Assembly: GCA_903824735.1 (NCBI GenBank)
Contig: CAIJXO010000109.1
Span: 1 to 26,334, forward strand
Origin: an uncultured bacterium
Lineage (GTDB): Bacteria; Patescibacteriota; Minisyncoccia; Phycocordibacterales; GWA1-40-21
DNA: 26,334 bases
Direction of reading: 5' to 3'
Of this stretch, positions 17,050-24,754 are shown one piece after another. Below the pieces are notes generated by a model. It made no database searches. It saw nothing but the letters and a program-made list of their open reading frames with translations, and was not told the origin of the DNA. The stretch's first letter is position 1. Every line of letters starts with the position of its first letter. A program made the position numbers and the translations under genes.

Positions 17050-17604
17050 ATGACAATTTTATATATCATTATTGCAATTATCGTCATCTTAGCGGTTTGG
17101 GTAATTACATCTTACAATCGTTTTATTGTCCTTATCAATAGAGCAAAGGAAGCTTGGTCGGATATCGATGTCCAGCTGAAGCGTCGCTATGATCTTATTC
17201 CAAACCTAGTGAGTACGGTTAAAGGTTATGCTTCTCACGAGAGTTCGGCGTTTGAGAACGTGACTAAAGCCCGAGCGATGGCCATGGGAGCATCAAATGT
17301 CGCTGATAAAGGGAAGGCCGAGAATATGCTTTTGGGTGCCCTTAAGTCCGTTTTTGCGATTGCCGAAGCTTATCCTGATCTAAAGGCCAATCAGAACTTT
17401 CTTGATTTACAGTCACAGCTAACCGATACCGAGAACAAGATTCAGGCTTCCCGCCGTTTCTACAATGGTAATGTCCGAGACTTGAATATCGCCATTGAAG
17501 CTTTTCCCGGTAATGTAATCTCGAAAATCTTTCACTTTGCTAAAATGGAATTGTTTACTTTAGATGACGAAGCGGCTAAACAGCCAGTGGAGGTCAAATT
17601 CTAA
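17050..17604 (+). CDS. lemA: LemA family protein
   Basis: N-terminal TM; YNRF...AWSDIDVQLKRRYDLIPNLV.TVKGYA.HE; AEAYPDLKANQNF; ENKIQASRRFYN. Confidence 0.95.
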   Translation: MTILYIIIAIIVILAVWVITSYNRFIVLINRAKEAWSDIDVQLKRRYDLIPNLVSTVKGYASHESSAFENVTKARAMAMGASNVADKGKAENMLLGALKSVFAIAEAYPDLKANQNFLDLQSQLTDTENKIQASRRFYNGNVRDLNIAIEAFPGNVISKIFHFAKMELFTLDDEAAKQPVEVKF

Positions 17605-17622
17605 TTTGTTTTATAACTGAAT

Positions 17623-18516
17623 ATGGCTACTGTTTACACAGAGCAAGATAAAAATGTCCGTCGTACCTGGTTTTTAATGGCGGCTTTTTTGGTGATAATT
17701 ATCGCTCTTGGTTATTTTATTGCTTATTATTACAACAATTCGACCATTCTATATATTGCAGTCCTATTTAGCCTGGGTATGAATATCTTTAGCTATTGGT
17801 ATTCTGACAAAATCGTTTTGTCTCTCTCAAGAGCGGTACCAGCCGAGCGCGAGCAGTATCCGGATTTGTATAAAATAGTAGAGAATCTTTCGATTACCGC
17901 TGGTTTGCCCATGCCGAAAGTCTATATAATGAATGAACTAGCCCCAAATGCTTTTGCCACTGGTCGCGATAAAGATCATGCTGTCGTCGCCGTTACCAGT
18001 GGCTTACTACAGCTATTAGACAGAAATGAGCTTGAGGGCGTGATTGCTCACGAGCTATCGCATATTGGTAACCGTGACATTTTACTTTCAACTGTAGTTG
18101 TTGTCCTTGTTGGTTTTATTTCTATACTGGCTGATATTTTTATTCGTGGAGGTTTAGGTGGTAGAAGAGGTGATAACAGTCGTGGTGGGGGAATCATTGC
18201 GCTTGTCGGAATTATTTTGATTATACTTTCACCCTTTATTGCCAAGCTCATTCAGCTCGCTATTTCGCGCAAGCGGGAATTCTTGGCCGATGCTTCTGGC
18301 GTTTTGCTTACCCGCTATCCTGAAGGTCTGGCTCGTGCCTTACAGAAAATCGAGAGTGCCCATATCCCGATGCAAAACACACACAGTGCGACCTCCCATC
18401 TTTTTATTTCAAGCCCCCTAGCGGGAACAGGTAAAAAACTGGCGACATTGTTTAGCACTCATCCGGCGACAGAGGACCGAATAAAAGCTATACTAAATAC
18501 CAATGAACGAGTCTAA
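17623..18516 (+). CDS. htpX: HtpX-family M48 zinc metalloprotease
   Basis: PNAFATGR, ELEGVIAHELSHI (HExxH), SRKREFLADA, LARALQKI and LFSTHP...RI. Confidence 0.94.
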   Translation: MATVYTEQDKNVRRTWFLMAAFLVIIIALGYFIAYYYNNSTILYIAVLFSLGMNIFSYWYSDKIVLSLSRAVPAEREQYPDLYKIVENLSITAGLPMPKVYIMNELAPNAFATGRDKDHAVVAVTSGLLQLLDRNELEGVIAHELSHIGNRDILLSTVVVVLVGFISILADIFIRGGLGGRRGDNSRGGGIIALVGIILIILSPFIAKLIQLAISRKREFLADASGVLLTRYPEGLARALQKIESAHIPMQNTHSATSHLFISSPLAGTGKKLATLFSTHPATEDRIKAILNTNERV

Positions 18517-19165
18517 GATTAAGAAAATTGAAAACAAGGTGACTGTGCGACTGAACAAAGTCTTGACCCTGTCGATATTTGATGAACCAAGACCGAAATA
18601 TGTGTCAAAAATTACTTTGACGGACAAATTTTTTGCCGCGACTATCTTAAAGCTGGTTCCTTTTGGCGTCCGTCCAAACTTTTTAACTGTATTTCGATTT
18701 GTTTCAATACCATTCGTTGCTTTTCTCTTGGTAACAGGGGACTATGTCAACGGCTTTTGGCTTTTTACCGTTGCAGCCTTATCAGACGCCCTAGACGGAG
18801 CAATGGCTCGCACCCGTAATCAGATTACTGATTGGGGAATCGTCTTTGATCCAGTTGCTGACAAGCTCTTAGTTGGTATTGTCGCTCTAATTGTTATTTC
18901 AAAAGCGATTAATCCGATTTTGGCGGGTACAATCATCGTCCTTGAAATTGCTTTAGTGATTTCGGCATACTGGCGTTTCAGAGGTAAACTTATTCCCGCC
19001 AAGATCGTCGGTAAGCTAAAGATGATTTTACAGTGCGTTGGGATTTCGCTACTTTTGATTGGTCTGGCGGTGAATTATCCACTGATTATCTCGGCGGCGA
19101 CAATTATTCTCTATGCTTCCGTTATTTTTTCCGTCCTTTGTCTTACAGTATATAAGTCTATTTAG
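18503..19165 (+). CDS. pgsA: CDP-alcohol phosphatidyltransferase (PgsA-like)
   Basis: PNFLTVFR; SDALDGAMAR..NQITDWG..FDPVADK (D-x2-DG-x2-AR-x7/8-G-x3-D-x3-D); GKLKM..Q. Confidence 0.85.
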   Translation: MNESKIKKIENKVTVRLNKVLTLSIFDEPRPKYVSKITLTDKFFAATILKLVPFGVRPNFLTVFRFVSIPFVAFLLVTGDYVNGFWLFTVAALSDALDGAMARTRNQITDWGIVFDPVADKLLVGIVALIVISKAINPILAGTIIVLEIALVISAYWRFRGKLIPAKIVGKLKMILQCVGISLLLIGLAVNYPLIISAATIILYASVIFSVLCLTVYKSI

Positions 19166-19194
19166 TTTCGATTTAGCGTGCTATAATAGTGTTT

Positions 19195-20265
19195 ATGGAA
19201 AATTTGTTCAAGAAATCATTTTTTGCCTGCTTACTGGCAGTGTTTTTATGTTTGGGAGTAACGAATTTTGCCAAGGATGTCTCTGCTGATTCACTTTCGG
19301 TCAGGGATTTTATTAGGCTCCTCATTAATACTGGGGCAGTTGCCCCTGATAAAGTACCGACTAGCGCCACTACTTCAAGTAATGACACAGCTTATCTGAC
19401 AACACCGATAACTTCTGGGATGAAAATTTCTCTTGATCCAGCTAGCCCCACCGCTTCTGTTGTCCTGGTGGATAAAAAAGCGGTGACAGATGCGGTTGTT
19501 TTATTGAAAGGTCAAATTGTGGTTGAAGGTTCTTCGGATATTCTTCTAACAGAATTGCCAATTACTCTTACTGGCTCAAGTTCATCGACCAAAGTCAGTG
19601 CTATAACCCCAAGACTTAATCTAACTATCGCCGGTAAACATTATTCTGAATTGATCGGGGACGCTCTCTTTACTAGCACAACCACTTTTAATAATCTCGG
19701 ACTAAAACTTGAGGCGGGCCAGTCCTATTCTTTTACCGTGTCAGCTGACATTAATAACGTCGACGGCGTCATATTTAAAGAGGGGGATTCTTTGACGGCG
19801 TCCGTAGCGACATTGGCCGGGGTGAGGGGCGAGCCACAGCTGTTTTACACCTGCAGTATTAGTGCCAATATTACCAATGCTCGTGCTTTGATTACCACAG
19901 ATGCTCGTGTGACGTATAATGCCGATCTGACTATCTCGGCTTTTGGTGCCGACTTATACGTCAGCAATGCTACCACCACAAATTATCAAGTATCAACGAC
20001 GAGTGCGGTTGTGATGGGTCAGCACCGACTTGAGTCTAAAGACAAAGATTTACGAGACGCTAACGACGGGCAGTATTTCTTTATAGCGGACGGTGATTCT
20101 AGGGATTTTATGTTTACGGTTGTCCTAAATACATCAAGTACGACTCCAGAGAATTTTAATCTCCGTCTGTCCAATATTGGTTGGGGTCTAACTCCGGACC
20201 TTATTTTACCCTATGGCGGAGACTTACAGGATTCAGCGGTCAGTATTTCAATGGCGAATAATTAA
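19195..20265 (+). CDS. Secreted hypothetical protein, beta-rich surface-layer-like
   Basis: Signal peptide; SVRDFIRLLINTGAVAPDKV helix; T/S-rich Ig-like strands (YSFTVSADI, SRDFMFTVVL). ATG 19195 lies 7 nt after TG-C-TATAAT (19179-19187). Confidence 0.7.
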   Translation: MENLFKKSFFACLLAVFLCLGVTNFAKDVSADSLSVRDFIRLLINTGAVAPDKVPTSATTSSNDTAYLTTPITSGMKISLDPASPTASVVLVDKKAVTDAVVLLKGQIVVEGSSDILLTELPITLTGSSSSTKVSAITPRLNLTIAGKHYSELIGDALFTSTTTFNNLGLKLEAGQSYSFTVSADINNVDGVIFKEGDSLTASVATLAGVRGEPQLFYTCSISANITNARALITTDARVTYNADLTISAFGADLYVSNATTTNYQVSTTSAVVMGQHRLESKDKDLRDANDGQYFFIADGDSRDFMFTVVLNTSSTTPENFNLRLSNIGWGLTPDLILPYGGDLQDSAVSISMANN

Positions 20266-20289
20266 TCATTGGGGTTAAATTAAATAGTA

Positions 20290-21018
20290 ATGAGGTACAA
20301 AATTTTTTTCTTCTTGGTGATTCTGGCGGTAGTTGGCCTGGAGTTTCTGACTTTTTATTCAGACCCAAAACCGGTCAAGACAGTGACCGTAGCTACTAGT
20401 ACTTCTAAAGTCGCGCCGAAAGCCCCGGTCAAGAAGATTAGGGAAGTCCTCGCTGTGCCCTATGTCAGTGAAGCGCCAGAAAATATTTGGAAAGGTTCTT
20501 GGGTGAATGCCTGTGAAGAGTCATCTATTATGATGGTGGACGAATACTATAAAGGTACTTTGGCGGTGAGCACGAGTAGTGCCAAAGCTTATCTCTTAAA
20601 TTTGTTTGCTGTACAGAGAAAGCTTTATGGCTCCGATGCCAACTCTGACTCTGCCCGAATGATTACAATGATTGAAAACCAGGCCAACTTTGACGCCGAG
20701 ACGATAACTTATCCGACCATCGAAGAAATAAAAGCGGAAATCGACGCTGGCCGTCCGGTAATCTCGCTTCACCGTGGTTTTGATCTACGTAATCCCAATG
20801 TGCCTTTTCTCGCGACGGGTTCCTCCTATCACACGATTGTGATTTTTGGCTACGATGATTTAGCGCAGAACTTTATCACTCATGATCCAGGGGATCAGTA
20901 TACTGGTCGCAACTATCTATATAGCTATGACACCATCATGAATTCTCTTCATGACTATAACCACGTCACGCATCTCGCTGACGGTGTACCGACGGTGATT
21001 TTCACGGCGAGGAGGTAA
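20290..21018 (+). CDS. Exported C39-like (papain-fold) cysteine peptidase
   Basis: N-terminal anchor; VPYVSEAP..W...W..ACEESS (Cys), YHTIVIFGYD (His) and THDPG (Asp). Confidence 0.8.
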   Translation: MRYKIFFFLVILAVVGLEFLTFYSDPKPVKTVTVATSTSKVAPKAPVKKIREVLAVPYVSEAPENIWKGSWVNACEESSIMMVDEYYKGTLAVSTSSAKAYLLNLFAVQRKLYGSDANSDSARMITMIENQANFDAETITYPTIEEIKAEIDAGRPVISLHRGFDLRNPNVPFLATGSSYHTIVIFGYDDLAQNFITHDPGDQYTGRNYLYSYDTIMNSLHDYNHVTHLADGVPTVIFTARR

Positions 21019-21025
21019 GTCGGTT

Positions 21026-22849
21026 CTACATTCTGAGTAAATCCTCGACCTTATCGGTTCCTAATAGTTGTAATTCACTTATCGCTCGAGTCAATCCGAC
21101 ATAGATAAGGTCTTTTTGAATTCTCTTTCTTTCTGTTAGATAGTCATCAGCTGAATTCGACCTTGAATCTATCTCAAAATATTTCTTATTAAGGCCGACT
21201 ATGAAGACTCGATCAAACTCAACGCCTTGTGATTCGAGAATCGATAGACAGTGTACATTCTTGTTTTCCACAAATTCTTTTTCAAATTCTTCAAGATAGC
21301 TATGATCTTTAGCTAGGATGCCAATACTTTCATCGGTATACTTTTTTAGGCATTCTTTAATATGGCTAATTTCTTCCTGGACACTTTTAGTCTGTCTTTC
21401 GGTCACCGGCACACCCTCTTTTAACTGCTCGGGAATCTCGATGGTGTAACCAAGATCTCTGATAAATCGGAGAATATTCTTGGTATTTCGGTAGACTTTG
21501 TGGAGTCGGATATTTCGGTCAGTAGATATTTTGGCTCCGACTTCATCCCAATTTTTAATAGTACCGATTTTCACTTGCTGAGCGATATCGCCGACATAGA
21601 TAAGTGATTCAGTTTCAGAGTCAAGGCAGCGGTTAAAGATTTTTAGTTGATCCGGTAAATAGTTTTGGAATTCATCAATCACGAGTAGGGAATAATTCAC
21701 GACTTTACGTTCAGTGCGCTTTACCAAGTTATCACCGACAAACTTCTGATATTCTCTTTTTATCTCAAAGTGCTCGTGTTTTTCTAGATAGGCCTTAAGT
21801 AGAATCGTGAGGTCAAAGCGATCAAGCTTTTTTTCTTTCTTTTGTCTTGCAAAAAGCTTTTGATTTTCAGACGACATTTTCTCGTACTGTTTATTCAGGA
21901 CACTGTAGATATTCTTGTTCCAAGCGGTGGATTCTTGTCCGTTCAAAGCACGCATTTTTTCATATTCATACCAACTCTTTTCTTCCTCCGTATCGCCGTA
22001 TTTTTCAATATATGTGTGGTCTTCCAAGCCTAGTATTTTTAATGCCCAAGTCGAGAAAGTGGTAATCAGCACATCTTTTATACCGAGGCTCGGCAAAAGG
22101 GAAGAGAAATAGTCTCGCGTGCGATCATCTTGGACGAGGACCATGGCATTTTTATAACGATAATGTTCGGCGGTATCAGGGGCTTGAGTTAGATAGGCGA
22201 CACGGTGCAAGGCGAGGGTCGTCTTACCGGAACCAGCGGGACCAGCAATCGCGAGTGGTCCTTTATAATGAGCACGAATCACTTGGTCTTGAGCCTTTTC
22301 CATTTGGGCCACGATTTCCGGTAGGGCAAATTCAGTCTTGTGTCGGGTGAAGTGTTCTTGGTAGATAAGTTCACGCGGCTGGCCTTCCGTTTCAATCGCA
22401 AAGAAATTGACCTTGCCATCCATGATTAAGTACTGTTCTTTTTCATCGATCTTCACTTGGCGTTTGACTCCATTTGGTAGGCGATAGGAAACCGGACCGG
22501 GATTTTCAAAGCGGAGAATTGCCATCGGCGCCACCCACGAATAGATTGATTGCTCCATGAATTCATGTTTGGAAAAATAATAATCTTTTTCTTTGCCCTG
22601 CTCATCGGTAATTTTACATTTCATAAAGTACGGCGAGCCCTGAAGGTGGGTGAGCTCGGTTTCCTTATTCTGAGCATTCGTCAGGTGTATATAAGCCATC
22701 TCATCGTCACCGCGGAAAATTTTCAAGAGCTCCGCTCGGCTTTGCTTTGTGACCTTTTGCACTTCCACCAGTTTTTCCTGGACTTTGCCTTGCACGGTGG
22801 CAATGTGTCCTCTCAGTCGACTGAGCAATTCTTCTTTGTTTTTTTGCAT
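21026..22849 (-). CDS. HelD-like SF1 (UvrD-family) ATPase/helicase
   Basis: GSPYF, SW.AP.A, EIVAQMEKAQDQVIR, GPAGSGKTTLALHRVAYL, IDEFQ, GDIAQ, YRNT..I, QGVEFD.V and YVGLTRA. ATG 22849 lies 6 nt after TATAAT. Confidence 0.78.
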   Translation of the reverse strand: MQKNKEELLSRLRGHIATVQGKVQEKLVEVQKVTKQSRAELLKIFRGDDEMAYIHLTNAQNKETELTHLQGSPYFMKCKITDEQGKEKDYYFSKHEFMEQSIYSWVAPMAILRFENPGPVSYRLPNGVKRQVKIDEKEQYLIMDGKVNFFAIETEGQPRELIYQEHFTRHKTEFALPEIVAQMEKAQDQVIRAHYKGPLAIAGPAGSGKTTLALHRVAYLTQAPDTAEHYRYKNAMVLVQDDRTRDYFSSLLPSLGIKDVLITTFSTWALKILGLEDHTYIEKYGDTEEEKSWYEYEKMRALNGQESTAWNKNIYSVLNKQYEKMSSENQKLFARQKKEKKLDRFDLTILLKAYLEKHEHFEIKREYQKFVGDNLVKRTERKVVNYSLLVIDEFQNYLPDQLKIFNRCLDSETESLIYVGDIAQQVKIGTIKNWDEVGAKISTDRNIRLHKVYRNTKNILRFIRDLGYTIEIPEQLKEGVPVTERQTKSVQEEISHIKECLKKYTDESIGILAKDHSYLEEFEKEFVENKNVHCLSILESQGVEFDRVFIVGLNKKYFEIDSRSNSADDYLTERKRIQKDLIYVGLTRAISELQLLGTDKVEDLLRM

Positions 22850-22877
22850 CGTTTTATTATATGTAAAAATTTGCACT

Positions 22878-22900
22878 AAAAAAACCGCTTTTCGCGGTTT
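22878..22900 (-). terminator. Intrinsic terminator
   Basis: Minus strand AAACCGC-GAAAA-GCGG followed by TTTTTTT. Confidence 0.7.
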
Positions 22901-22958
22901 AGGCTACAACCCCGGCCTTGATTGTAGTTTCCAATCTTAAACTTAACCTATTCGACAT
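22899..22958 (-). CDS. Candidate 19-aa small protein MSNRLSLRLETTIKAGVVA (or an sRNA)
   Basis: ATG 7 nt after a TATAGT -10 box; the TAA stop overlaps the terminator stem. Confidence 0.4.
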   Translation of the reverse strand: MSNRLSLRLETTIKAGVVA

Positions 22959-22965
22959 GTGCGTA

Positions 22966-22994
22966 ACTATAGCAGATGGGGAGAGGGATTGCAA
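22966..22994 (-). promoter_or_regulatory. Sigma70-type promoter for the small transcript
   Basis: TTGCAA (22994-22989), 17-bp spacer, TG-C-TATAGT (hexamer 22971-22966). Confidence 0.65.
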
Positions 22995-23030
22995 TATGTT
23001 ATACTATGTCAATTTATCGACATAAATGGC

Positions 23031-23059
23031 TTGACTTTTTTACATGGCCTGCATATACT
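23031..23059 (+). promoter_or_regulatory. Sigma70-type promoter for the XRE-Panacea operon
   Basis: TTGACT (23031-23036), 17 bp, TATACT (23054-23059), ATG 6 nt later. Confidence 0.75.
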
Positions 23060-23065
23060 TGATCT

Positions 23066-23767
23066 ATGAGTAATAGATACATGCAAAAAGTTAAGGAGTT
23101 TCGTACGAAAAATAATTTGTCTCAAGATTATATTGCTAAAGCCATTGGAGTGTCACGCCCGACATATACGTCCATTGAGGCTGGCAAGCAAGAATTGAGT
23201 GCCGAGGAGGCTCAAAAGCTTGCTTCACTTCTAGGTATTAGTATTGACGAATTAATTTCTGGGAATGTCACCAATATTGAAAAGTACAAGCAAATGATTT
23301 TAGTCTATTTGAGGATGAATTTGACTAAAAAGAAAGACGGTAAAATTCCAAAAACAAAATTAGCTAAACTTTTATACCTAGCCGATTTTGCCTGGTTTTA
23401 TAATCATTCAGAAAGTATGAGCGGTATGTCATATCGTCGTATCGCCTATGGCCCTGTGCCGGATGCATTTTTTCGGGCGATAGATGAGCTAGAAGAAGAA
23501 GGAAAAATTTCCGTCGATAGAAAAGAGGTTGATGACAAGGAAATGTTTTTGATTAGTGAAGAGGATAGCAATAGAAACGAAAAAATCTCTACCCTGTCTA
23601 TTGAAGAGATAAAGCTAATGTCTGATATCGGCAAAAAGTGGAAAGATAAGAAAACAAAAGAAATAGTTAATTTCACGCACAACCAACTCCCATACTCGCT
23701 TTGTCGTCCAGACGAGATTATTCCTTACGAATTAATCACGCAAGAAGACCCAGAGATGGTCTATTAA
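23066..23767 (+). CDS. XRE/Cro HTH fused to Panacea (DUF4065/SocA-like) antitoxin domain
   Basis: KVKEFRTKNNLSQDYIAKAIGVSRPTYTSIEAG (HTH); TKLAKLLYLADF, YRRIAYGPVP and IVNFTH...PY (Panacea hallmarks). Confidence 0.85.
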   Translation: MSNRYMQKVKEFRTKNNLSQDYIAKAIGVSRPTYTSIEAGKQELSAEEAQKLASLLGISIDELISGNVTNIEKYKQMILVYLRMNLTKKKDGKIPKTKLAKLLYLADFAWFYNHSESMSGMSYRRIAYGPVPDAFFRAIDELEEEGKISVDRKEVDDKEMFLISEEDSNRNEKISTLSIEEIKLMSDIGKKWKDKKTKEIVNFTHNQLPYSLCRPDEIIPYELITQEDPEMVY

Positions 23768-23771
23768 TATT

Positions 23772-24164
23772 ATGCAAGTTAATTTTTCTGTACAGTTTGA
23801 GAAGTTTGCAGAAAGTCACTTTATTAAACACTTTGAAAAGAAGTATCGAAATCATTGGCTGACCACACGCAAAGCTATTATTGCCTCACTTGAGCGTATT
23901 GACGCTTTACTTTTGACTGATCGCGCTGAAACTATTTCTTCCAAGGGTAGTTTAAGACTGATAAAAACAAAATTCAGAGTAGATGGAACCAAGGAATCAG
24001 CTAAAACATCTGGAAATAGGTGTATTGTTATTTGTGATTTTGATAAGAAGATAGTGGCAGTATTATTGGTTTATGGGAAAACAAATCTAAGCGACCATAA
24101 CGAAACCGCCCAATGGCAGTCTCTAGTCAGGGCTAATTATCCAGAGTATAAAAATATTTTATGA
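23772..24164 (+). CDS. Putative cognate toxin (RelE/HigB-like fold suspected)
   Basis: Basic 130-aa ORF starting 4 nt after the antitoxin; LIKTKFRV...SGNRCIV...AVLLVYGKT resembles the HigB/RelE G.R.IY...LL.IY.K pattern. Confidence 0.5.
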   Translation: MQVNFSVQFEKFAESHFIKHFEKKYRNHWLTTRKAIIASLERIDALLLTDRAETISSKGSLRLIKTKFRVDGTKESAKTSGNRCIVICDFDKKIVAVLLVYGKTNLSDHNETAQWQSLVRANYPEYKNIL

Positions 24165-24203
24165 AGTGAATTTTTCTCCTATCTATGCTATATTTTCCTG
24201 CAA

Positions 24204-24288
24204 GGAGGGCTCGCATAGTGGTCTAGTGCGTTCGCTTGGAAAGCGAATGTGCCGCAAGGCACCACAGGTTCGAATCCTGTGCCCTCCG
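24204..24288 (+). tRNA. tRNA-Ser(GGA)
   Basis: Acceptor GGAGGGC/GCCCTCC + G73; D-loop AGTGG; anticodon arm TTCGC-TT-GGA-AA-GCGAA; long variable arm GTGCC-GCAA-GGCAC; T arm ACAGG-TTCGAAT-CCTGT. CCA is not fully encoded (CCT). TG-C-TATATT lies upstream. Confidence 0.97.
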
Positions 24289-24347
24289 CCTTCGGTCGCC
24301 GGAGCGACCTTCGGCGGACACAGTCCGCCAAGAAGGTTGCGAAGGCG
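24287..24347. repeat. Nested GC-rich palindromic element at the tRNA 3' end
   Basis: CGCCTTCG/CGAAGGCG outer stem; GCGACCTTC/GAAGGTTGC; GGCGGAC-ACA-GTCCGCC; alternative GGTCGC-CGGA-GCGACC. Confidence 0.65.
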
Positions 24348-24400
24348 ACTTCCCAAACAACCCAAATCATCAAGCTAATACGAGCCTCGTCCGATATGGA

Positions 24401-24429
24401 TTGACGCAAAAATGATATTAACCTAGAAT
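24401..24429 (+). promoter_or_regulatory. Sigma70-type promoter for the GIY-YIG gene
   Basis: TTGACG, 17 bp, TAGAAT. Confidence 0.6.
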
Positions 24430-24454
24430 TGGTCGCCACCAAACTTGGCACTAT

Positions 24455-24691
24455 ATGTATTTTGTTTACATTTTAAAATGTGCCGACAACAAACCCTATA
24501 CTGGATGTACTGAAAATTTGAAAGAGAGATTAGGCCGCCATAAATCTGGATATGTTCCGGCAACAGAAAATCGTCGGCCACTTACATTGGAAAATTACTT
24601 TGCATTCAAAGACAAATACAAAGCTTTTTCGTTCGAAAAATATTTAAAGTCTGGGTCTGGTCGAGCCTTTCTAAATAAACATATTTTATAA
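24455..24691 (+). CDS. Small GIY-YIG nuclease (UPF0213/YazA-like)
   Basis: YFVYIL...PYTGCTENLKERL.RH, RRPL.L and AFSFEKYLKSGSGRAFL. Confidence 0.9.
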   Translation: MYFVYILKCADNKPYTGCTENLKERLGRHKSGYVPATENRRPLTLENYFAFKDKYKAFSFEKYLKSGSGRAFLNKHIL

Positions 24692-24727
24692 AAGAAAACC
24701 GCCACACCCGCGTGTGGAGGTTTTCTT
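24692..24727. terminator. Bidirectional terminator hairpin
   Basis: AAGAAAACC-G-CCACAC-CCGC-GTGTGG-A-GGTTTTCTT between convergent genes. Confidence 0.7.
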
Positions 24728-24754
24728 CCTCCTTGTGCCCGGGTGGGCGGTTGA

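Noticed and set aside
1577-22879. Numerous short nested ORFs within pil, rnj, SBP, htpX and helicase genes
   Set aside because: Opposite-strand or off-frame shadows of well-supported genes, without start signals or motifs.
23006-23062. 18-aa plus-strand sORF MSIYRHKWLDFFTWPAYT
   Set aside because: Its ATG abuts a TATACT with zero spacing and it overlaps the TA promoter; more likely incidental.
24166-24451. Short ORFs overlapping the tRNA on both strands
   Set aside because: Artefacts of the GC-rich tRNA and hairpin sequence.
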